Positions 15,160 through 21,605 of a stretch of 24,000 nucleotides of DNA are shown piece after piece. The stretch spans positions 624,761-648,760 of the forward strand of contig NZ_AQXZ01000019.1 of assembly GCF_000380645.1 (NCBI RefSeq). Direction: 5' to 3'. Each line of letters opens with the position of its first letter. Position 1 is the first letter of the stretch. Source of the stretch: Smaragdicoccus niigatensis DSM 44881 = NBRC 103563. Its GTDB lineage: Bacteria; Actinomycetota; Actinomycetes; Mycobacteriales; Mycobacteriaceae. The position numbers were made by a program, and so were the translations under genes. Under the pieces are notes generated by a model. That model saw only the letters and a program-made list of their open reading frames with translations, ran no database searches and was not told the origin of the DNA.

Positions 15160-17672
15160 TACTGCCCCCATCCTGCTGGCTGAATTTCTGGCATTCCGAG
15201 AAGAACTGGCACCTTGCGCGGCCCGGTCGCGTCGAATCCGACGGTCGGGTCGTGCTCGGTCGGTGCGTTGACGAACGAGACGAAGCGAGCGAGCTTGTCC
15301 GGGTCGTTGACGACGTCGGCCCACTCGTCGGTGTAGCTGTCGACGTGAACGGCCATGGCCTTGTCGAGGTCGCCGGCGATCCCCAGGCTGTCGTCGATGA
15401 CGACCTCCTTGATGTGGTCGAGGCCGACGGTCTCCTGCCACGGCGCGGTGCGCTGCAGGCGATCCGCAGTCCGGATGTAGAACATCAGGTAGCGGTCGAT
15501 GTACTTGATGAGCGTCTCGTCATCGAGATCGGTGGCGAGCAGTTCGGCGTGCTTCGGCGACTGTCCACCGTTTCCACCGACGTAGAGGCCCCAACCGCGC
15601 TCGGTGGCGATGACACCGACATCCTTGCCGCGAGCCTCGGCGCACTCACGTGCACAACCCGAGACCGCGAGCTTGAGCTTGTGCGGCGAACGCAGGCCCT
15701 TGTAGCGGTTCTCCAGAAGAACGGCCATGCCGACCGAGTCCTGGACGCCGTAGCGGCACCACGTCTGACCGACGCAGCTCTTGACCGTACGAAGCGACTT
15801 TCCGTAGGCGTGGCCCGACTCCATGCCGGCGTCGATGAGGCGCTTCCAGATGAGCGGAAGCTCCTCGACGCGGGCACCGAAGAGGTCGATGCGCTGACCA
15901 CCGGTGACCTTGACGTACAGGTCGAAATCCTTGGCGATCTGACCGATGACGATCAGCTGCTCGGCGGTGACTTCACCACCGGGCATACGAGGAACAACCG
16001 AGTAGGTGCCGTTCTTCTGCAGATTCGCGAGGAAGTGGTCGTTGGTGTCCTGCAGCGAGGCCTGCTCGCCATCGAGAACGCTCTGCTTGGAGTCCTTGAG
16101 CGACGCGAAGATCGATGCGGCGGTCGGCTTGCAGAGGTCGCAACCGGTGCCGGTGCCGTGCTGCGCGATGAGCTCGGAGAAGGTGCGGATGCCCGTGACC
16201 TGGATGATCTCGAACAGCTCGGCACGCGACTGCGTGAAGTGCTCACACAGCGACTTGGAGATCTCGACACCCGACTGGGCGAGGATCTTCTTCACGAGCG
16301 GCAAGCAGCCACCGCACGAGGTACCGGCCTTGCTGCACTTTTTGACCTCGGCGAGGTCGGTGACACCGTCGTGGATGACCTCGCAGATCGCACCCTTGGT
16401 GACGTTGTTGCAGGTACACACGACCGCGCCGTCCGGCATCGCATCGGCGCCCAGTTCGGCGCCTGCCGGGCTGATGAGTGCGGCCGGGTCTGCCGGCAGC
16501 GGACCACCGACGAGCGGGCGCAGCGTCGCGTAGAGGCTCGCGTCGCCGACGAAGATACCGCCGAGCAGCGTCTTCGCATCGTCCGAGACGACGAGCTTGG
16601 CGTACGTGCCCTTGGCGGCGTCCATGAGGACGACCTCGAGGGCCTTCTCGGTTTGTGCGTGCGCGTCACCGAAGCTGGCGACGTCGACGCCGAGCAGCTT
16701 GAGCTTGGTGGACAGGTCGGCACCCGGGAACTCGGCTTGACCGCCGAGCATGCGATCCGCGATGACCTCAGCCTGCGCGTATCCGGGAGCGACGAGTCCG
16801 TAGCAGACTCCCTCGACCGCGGCGACTTCACCGACGGCGTAGATCGCCGGGTCGGAGGTGATCATCGACAGGTCGGTGATCACACCGCCACGCGGACCGA
16901 CCTCAAGGCCTGCGGCGCGGGCGAGCTTGTCCTGCGGGCGGATACCGGCCGACCAGACGAGCAGCGCAGCGTCGATCGTGGAACCATCCGACAGCTCGAC
17001 GATCAGGCCGTCCGGGCCTTCCTTGATCGCCGCGGTCGAAACACCGGTGTGCACGTTGACGCCGAGGTCGCTGATGAGCTTCTTGAGGACAGCGCCACCG
17101 CCCTCGTCGACCTGAATCGGCATGAGGCGCGGAGCAAGCTCGATGACGTGCGGCTCCATGCCCATGAGCTTGAGCGCGTTCGCGGCTTCGAGGCCGAGAA
17201 GACCGCCACCGACAACGACACCGGTCGCGCCGGGGCCGGCGGCTTCCGCGGTGGCGCGAATGCCGTCCAGGTCAGCGAGTGTGCGATAGACGAAGCACTT
17301 GTCGAGATCGTGGCCCGGGGCGGGCGGGACGAACGGGTACGAGCCCGTTGCGAGCACGATCGTGTCGTAGGCCAGGACCTCACCGGTGTTGGTGGTGACG
17401 GTCTTGGCTTCACGGTCGATCTCGTCAGCGCGGACGCCGAGACGGAGCTCGACTGCCTCATCACCGTCGTACGTGTTGCCCGCAAGCGCGAGCTCCTTGT
17501 GGTCCCACGTGCCGACGTAAGACGACAGACCGACACGGTCGTATGCGGGCAGTGGCTCTTCGCAGAGGACCGTGATGCGCCACTGGCCGGCCTCATCGCG
17601 GGCCCGCATGGCCTCGACGAATCGGTGTCCGACCATGCCATGTCCGATGACGATGGCAGTTTTCGGGCTCAT
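15159..17672 (-). CDS. nirB: Nitrite reductase [NAD(P)H] large subunit NirB (FAD/NAD, BFD-like 2Fe-2S, siroheme/4Fe-4S)
   Basis: 837 aa. N-terminal Rossmann motif IVIGHGMVGHRF. BFD-like cysteines VCTCNNVTKG...CGGC. Siroheme-4Fe4S motifs CVGQTWCRYG and VSGCARECAEA. AAGGAG lies 4 nt upstream of the ATG. Confidence 0.96.
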   Translation of the reverse strand: MSPKTAIVIGHGMVGHRFVEAMRARDEAGQWRITVLCEEPLPAYDRVGLSSYVGTWDHKELALAGNTYDGDEAVELRLGVRADEIDREAKTVTTNTGEVLAYDTIVLATGSYPFVPPAPGHDLDKCFVYRTLADLDGIRATAEAAGPGATGVVVGGGLLGLEAANALKLMGMEPHVIELAPRLMPIQVDEGGGAVLKKLISDLGVNVHTGVSTAAIKEGPDGLIVELSDGSTIDAALLVWSAGIRPQDKLARAAGLEVGPRGGVITDLSMITSDPAIYAVGEVAAVEGVCYGLVAPGYAQAEVIADRMLGGQAEFPGADLSTKLKLLGVDVASFGDAHAQTEKALEVVLMDAAKGTYAKLVVSDDAKTLLGGIFVGDASLYATLRPLVGGPLPADPAALISPAGAELGADAMPDGAVVCTCNNVTKGAICEVIHDGVTDLAEVKKCSKAGTSCGGCLPLVKKILAQSGVEISKSLCEHFTQSRAELFEIIQVTGIRTFSELIAQHGTGTGCDLCKPTAASIFASLKDSKQSVLDGEQASLQDTNDHFLANLQKNGTYSVVPRMPGGEVTAEQLIVIGQIAKDFDLYVKVTGGQRIDLFGARVEELPLIWKRLIDAGMESGHAYGKSLRTVKSCVGQTWCRYGVQDSVGMAVLLENRYKGLRSPHKLKLAVSGCARECAEARGKDVGVIATERGWGLYVGGNGGQSPKHAELLATDLDDETLIKYIDRYLMFYIRTADRLQRTAPWQETVGLDHIKEVVIDDSLGIAGDLDKAMAVHVDSYTDEWADVVNDPDKLARFVSFVNAPTEHDPTVGFDATGPRKVPVLLGMPEIQPAGWGQ

Positions 17673-17808
17673 GGTGCTCCTTACTCCTGATCCTGCGGAG
17701 GGTGCCCCTTGTTGGGACGTTCTCCGTTTTCGGATGCCGGTGACTTGATTTCCGTGGGCTGCACGTGGTCAAGCCGGTCTCCGGCTGTTGTTCTCAAGAC
17801 TGCTTGGG

Positions 17809-17850
17809 GGATGTTGCGCCTGTGTTTCCGAGCGTTGTCCGTGGCGTTTA
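17809..17850 (-). promoter_or_regulatory. AAC direct-repeat element upstream of nirB; candidate OmpR-family (GlnR-like) binding site
   Basis: Minus strand reads TAAAC-GCCACGG-ACAAC-GCTCG-GAAAC-ACAGGC-GCAAC-ATCC. This is four nnAAC pentamers at 10-12 bp periodicity, ending 137 nt upstream of the nirB ATG. It shares the 11-mer AAACGCCACGG and the GAAAC-n6-GnAAC-ATCC core with the element at 21041-21073. Confidence 0.45.
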
Positions 17851-19278
17851 AAAACCGCCTGCGACGGCCAATTTCGCGCCAAATGGCGTGCGATGGACCA
17901 CACCGACCGGCTGCGGGTCCGAACGGCGGACGAAGAACCACCACGTCACGACAGCGCAAATCACGTAGAACGTGAGGAACACATAGAAGGCATGTGTCCC
18001 CGAGTGCGCCGGCCCGGTATACGACTGCCGCAGCGTCATGTTGATGAGGACGCCACCGAGCGAACCGATCGCGCCGGCGAAGCCCAGCAGAGCTCCTGCC
18101 GTCGAGCGTGACCACGCGGCCCGCTCCGCGACGGACAGACCTTCGAGATCGTGTGACTTCGCCTCGAAGACGACCGGAATCATCTTGTACGTCGAGCCGT
18201 TTCCGATTCCCGCGAGCATGAAGAGGATGAGGAATCCGACGATGTAGGTCGTCATCTGCCCATGAGTGGCAGCGCCGGGCTGGAGGTCGTCGGCGTGAGA
18301 CGTGTAGGCAAGCAGACCGCCGGCACCCATCATCGCGATGAACACCGAGAACGTGACCCGACCACCGCCCATCCGGTCGGCGAACTTGCCGCCGATCGGA
18401 CGGAACAGGGCGCCGAGCAGTGGTCCGAGCCAGGCGATCTGTGCCGCATGCAACGCCGCCTGGGCGGCGGTCTCGCCGGCGGCCTTGTAGTTGATCTGCA
18501 TGATCTGGCCGAACGCGAAGCTGAATCCGATGAAGGACCCGAACGTGCCGATGTACAGGAGGCTCAGGATCCACGAGTGCCGGAATCGAAGCGCCTCGAG
18601 CATGCGCTTGAGGCTCGCGTGCTGACCGGAGATGTTGTCCATCATCACTGCGGCGCACACGGCCGCGGCCGCGATGAGCACGAGGTAGATGGCGCACACG
18701 ATCTCGGGGCGGCGATTACCCACGGTCGCGATGACGAGGAGGCTCAGCAGCTGGATGACCGTGACACCGAGGTTTCCGCCACCGGCGTTGAGGCCGAGCG
18801 CAAGGCCCTTGAGCCGCTGCGGATAGAAGAGATTGATGTTCGCCATCGACGAGGCGAAGTTCCCACCGCCGACACCGGCGACCGCCGCGACCACGAGATA
18901 GGTCGGGTACGAGGCCGGGTGCAGCATGAAATACGTCGTCAGCACCGCGGGGATGAACAGCAGCAGAGCCGAGAAGATCGTGAAGTTACGGCCACCGAAC
19001 TTCGCCGGGGCGATGCTGTAGGGAATGCGCAACATGGCGCCGCACGCGATCGGCACCGCCATCAGGATGAACTTGCCACCCGGATCGATGCCGTACACCT
19101 CTTCGGGCATGAAGAGAACCATGACCGACCAGATCGACCACACCGAGAAGCCGATGTGTTCGGCGAAGATCGAGGCGATGAGATTCCGGCGTGCGACGTT
19201 CTTGCCGCCCGCTTCCCACGCCTCGACATCTTCGGCATTCCAGTGGTCGATCCATCGCGAACGCATCAGTGCGTGCAC
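17848..19278 (-). CDS. narK: MFS nitrate/nitrite transporter, NarK family (downstream paralog)
   Basis: About 476 aa with 12 predicted TM segments. Nitrate signature motifs GVGGGNFASSM and AGIGNGSTYKMIP. The GTG at 19278 (GGAGG 4 nt upstream) gives the same N-terminal length as the upstream paralog. Alternative ATG at 19266. The ORF is open up to 19356. Confidence 0.9.
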   Translation of the reverse strand: MHALMRSRWIDHWNAEDVEAWEAGGKNVARRNLIASIFAEHIGFSVWSIWSVMVLFMPEEVYGIDPGGKFILMAVPIACGAMLRIPYSIAPAKFGGRNFTIFSALLLFIPAVLTTYFMLHPASYPTYLVVAAVAGVGGGNFASSMANINLFYPQRLKGLALGLNAGGGNLGVTVIQLLSLLVIATVGNRRPEIVCAIYLVLIAAAAVCAAVMMDNISGQHASLKRMLEALRFRHSWILSLLYIGTFGSFIGFSFAFGQIMQINYKAAGETAAQAALHAAQIAWLGPLLGALFRPIGGKFADRMGGGRVTFSVFIAMMGAGGLLAYTSHADDLQPGAATHGQMTTYIVGFLILFMLAGIGNGSTYKMIPVVFEAKSHDLEGLSVAERAAWSRSTAGALLGFAGAIGSLGGVLINMTLRQSYTGPAHSGTHAFYVFLTFYVICAVVTWWFFVRRSDPQPVGVVHRTPFGAKLAVAGGF

Positions 19279-19358
19279 TCTGCCTCCCCGTCGAAGTAGT
19301 GAGACTTCACGGTAGGAAGTGTGTGTTGCCGCAGTAGTGACAGTTTTATGACCCAAGT

Positions 19359-19408
19359 GTCACTACCTCCTCACTCTCGGAAATGACCGGGAGTGAGGAG
19401 GTAGTGAC
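19359..19408 (-). repeat. Inverted repeat / RNA hairpin between the two narK genes (22-bp stem, 6-nt loop, one mismatch; an 18-bp arm segment is a perfect inverted repeat)
   Basis: 19359-19376 (GTCACTACCTCCTCACTC) is the exact reverse complement of 19391-19408. Pairing extends through 19377-19380 and 19387-19390 with one mismatch. It begins 24 nt after the upstream narK stop. A third copy of the arm end (GTAGTGACA, 19334-19342) can pair with 19358-19366. Confidence 0.85.
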
Positions 19409-19432
19409 TTTCATTCAGTTGTTCGCCATTGA

Positions 19433-20899
19433 TCAGGCGGTGATCGCCACCGAGTCGTCCTCGACCGCGGCACGCTTGGCGCCCGGCACCGCGTGGATCG
19501 CTCGAGTCGACGGGCGGCGGAGGAACACTGCCCAGGTGACGATCGCGCAGACCACGTAGAAGGCCATGAACACCCAGAAGGCGTTGGTCGCCGACTTGGC
19601 CTGACCGACGTACGAAGCGCGGAGCACGACGTTGATCAGCACACCACCGAGGGCACCGATCGCACCGGCGAAGCCGATGAGCGCGCCGGACATGCTGCGC
19701 GACCACAGGGTCTTCTCGGTGTAGCTCAGCTCATCCTTGCTCTGAGCCTTCGCCTCGAAGATCGACGGGATCATCTTGTAGGTCGAACCGTTGCCGATAC
19801 CCGAGAGGACGAACAGCAGGATGAATCCGATGACGTAGGCGGTCATCTGACCAGTCGTGGCTGCACCCTTGAGTCCGTCGTCCATGACGCCCGTGGTGAC
19901 GAGGATGCCACCCGCGAAGACCATCGCGATGAAGGTGTACAGCGTGACCTTACCGCCGCCGATCTTGTCCGCGAGCTTGCCACCGAACGGACGCGAGATC
20001 GAGCCGAGCAGCGGTCCGATGAACGCGATCTGAGCTGCGTGCAGAGCGGCTGCACCCTGCATCTGCGGCGTAGCCTTGAGCGCCCCGGAATGCGTCAGAT
20101 CTGCCATGAAGCTGATCTGGAGCACCTGGCCGAATGCGAAGCTGAACCCGATGAACGAACCGAAGGTACCGATGTACAGGAACGCCATCACCCAGGACTG
20201 ACGGAAGCGAAGCGACTCGCCCATTGCCGACAGGTTCGACTTCTGGTTGCCGAGGTTGTCCATGAACAACGCAGCACCAACGGCAGCGAGCGCACACAGC
20301 ACCAGGTAGACGGCACACAGCAGCGTCGGGTCGGTCTTGCTGACAAAGGCGATGACACCGAGTCCGAGGAGCTGGATGACCGGCACACCGATGTTTCCAC
20401 CACCGGCGTTGAGGCCGAGCGCCCAACCCTTGAGTCGCTGCGGGTAGAACGCGTTGATATTGGTCATCGAGGAGGCGAAGTTACCGCCGCCGAGACCCGC
20501 GAACGCCGCCACGATCAAATACGTCGTGTACGAGGCCGGGTTCAGCATGAAGTACAGCGTCAGAACCGTCGGGACCAACAGTGCGAGGGCACTGAAGATC
20601 GTGAAGTTCCGTCCGCCGAACTTAGCCGGAGCCACGGTGTAAAGGATTCGCAGGATCGCACCGACCAGCGTCGGGACGGCCAGCAGGTAGAACTTGCCAG
20701 CCGGATCGATGTGGTACTTGGCCATCGGCATGAACAGAACCATGACGGACCAGATCGACCAGACCGAGAATCCAACGTGCTCGGCGAAGATGGACCAGAT
20801 CAGGTTCCGCTTGGCAATCTTCTCGTTACCGGATTCCCAAGCGTCGACGTCTTCCGCGTCCCAATGGTCAATGTAGTGCTTTCGGGTGGTGGTCTTCAC
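19433..20899 (-). CDS. narK: MFS nitrate/nitrite transporter, NarK family (upstream paralog)
   Basis: 488 aa from the GTG at 20899, preceded by AAGGAGG with 6-nt spacing. Motifs GLGGGNFASSM and SGIGNGSTYKMIP. By eye roughly two thirds identical to the downstream paralog. The part of the ORF upstream of 20899 has no transporter similarity. Confidence 0.92.
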   Translation of the reverse strand: MKTTTRKHYIDHWDAEDVDAWESGNEKIAKRNLIWSIFAEHVGFSVWSIWSVMVLFMPMAKYHIDPAGKFYLLAVPTLVGAILRILYTVAPAKFGGRNFTIFSALALLVPTVLTLYFMLNPASYTTYLIVAAFAGLGGGNFASSMTNINAFYPQRLKGWALGLNAGGGNIGVPVIQLLGLGVIAFVSKTDPTLLCAVYLVLCALAAVGAALFMDNLGNQKSNLSAMGESLRFRQSWVMAFLYIGTFGSFIGFSFAFGQVLQISFMADLTHSGALKATPQMQGAAALHAAQIAFIGPLLGSISRPFGGKLADKIGGGKVTLYTFIAMVFAGGILVTTGVMDDGLKGAATTGQMTAYVIGFILLFVLSGIGNGSTYKMIPSIFEAKAQSKDELSYTEKTLWSRSMSGALIGFAGAIGALGGVLINVVLRASYVGQAKSATNAFWVFMAFYVVCAIVTWAVFLRRPSTRAIHAVPGAKRAAVEDDSVAITA

Positions 20900-21040
20900 C
20901 AGGCCGCCTCCTTTATCAAGTGGATGCGGATAACCGTAAGGACCGCTCGTTGCGCCTATGCGTCGCAATATTTGCTGCCAAATCAACCCTCGCTCACTTT
21001 TCGACCGTAGAGCCGGTGAGAAGTGACGGTCCGGATCCCT

Positions 21041-21073
21041 GGATGTTTCCACCGCGTTTCACCGTGGCGTTTT
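21041..21073 (-). promoter_or_regulatory. AAC direct-repeat element upstream of the first narK; partner of the nirB element
   Basis: Minus strand reads AAAAC-GCCACGGT-GAAAC-GCGGTG-GAAAC-ATCC, ending 142 nt upstream of the narK GTG. The nirB element ends 137 nt from its ATG. It shares the identical 11-mer AAACGCCACGG (21062-21072 and 17839-17849). Confidence 0.45.
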
Positions 21074-21318
21074 TGTGCCTGAAGTCCCTGCTCAACGCCG
21101 ACCACTCCGCTTTCGACCGGTGCGAAACAATTGGCGGGCGGTGCCGTAGAGGGGATAGCAAATCCACGGTTTCCTTTCTTCCAAGCTACCTCGCTGGACC
21201 GGAATACCGCATCCGCTGGGCCGTGGCGAGGTAATTCCAGCCGGGATTCCGCCGTAACCACGTCCGGTGAAGGGCTTAAATACGAGGTAAGCAGTTTCGC
21301 CGACGATGGGCCGCGCAC

Positions 21319-21603
21319 GTGAATGAACGACCGTTTCTCGCGAGTGGGCTCGTCCTCCAAGCCGTCGGCATCGTCGGCGTCTGGCAAGCGTGGCCGGGTT
21401 ACGCCAGCTGGGCCGCGGCGACCACGATGATGGTCGTCTTCATCATCGCCGTCGGTTTGGTGTGGATAGGCGCGCTGTTGTGCTTGGTTTGGGCGGTCGC
21501 CGGCGGAGTTCGCCGGGGCCTGCAAGGCACGGTCGCGACGATCAAGGTGCCTGGGCTGTCGCCGAAGCGGCCTCGGCAGGTTTTTCTCAACCGGGAGGCG
21601 TGA
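21319..21603 (+). CDS. Hypothetical small membrane protein (about 2 TM segments)
   Basis: 94-aa ORF with an ATG start, G/C-rich third codon positions by eye, and two hydrophobic stretches (LVLQAVGIVGVW; MMVVFIIAVGLVWIGALLCLVWAVAGG). No recognisable family. It ends 2 nt from the convergent FAD monooxygenase stop. Confidence 0.4.
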   Translation: MNERPFLASGLVLQAVGIVGVWQAWPGYASWAAATTMMVVFIIAVGLVWIGALLCLVWAVAGGVRRGLQGTVATIKVPGLSPKRPRQVFLNREA

Positions 21604-21605
21604 GG

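Noticed and set aside
14749-15441. Long 230-aa version of the nirD ORF
   Set aside because: The first 94 codons overlap nirB and encode Arg/Gly/Pro repeats. NirD homology begins at the ATG at 15159, which forms a TAATG junction with the nirB stop.
15252-17690. 812-aa + strand ORF covering almost all of nirB in antisense
   Set aside because: Its translation is Arg/Asp/Gly/Val-rich low-complexity sequence with no motifs. The opposite strand encodes a textbook NirB. Long antisense ORFs are an expected artefact of high GC and skewed third-position composition.
17681-18697. 338-aa minus-strand ORF overlapping narK (downstream paralog) and the nirB upstream region
   Set aside because: It is an alternative frame of the transporter gene with an Arg-rich product and no support.
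18262-21010. 345-aa and 505-aa + strand ORFs antisense to the two narK genes
   Set aside because: They are charged, repetitive (R/D/E/H-rich) translations. The minus-strand products have 12 TM segments and nitrate signature motifs.
20900-21318. Molybdenum-cofactor or other known riboswitch upstream of narK
   Set aside because: I could not recognise conserved riboswitch cores on either strand. Only a covariance-model search could settle this, so no RNA feature is claimed.
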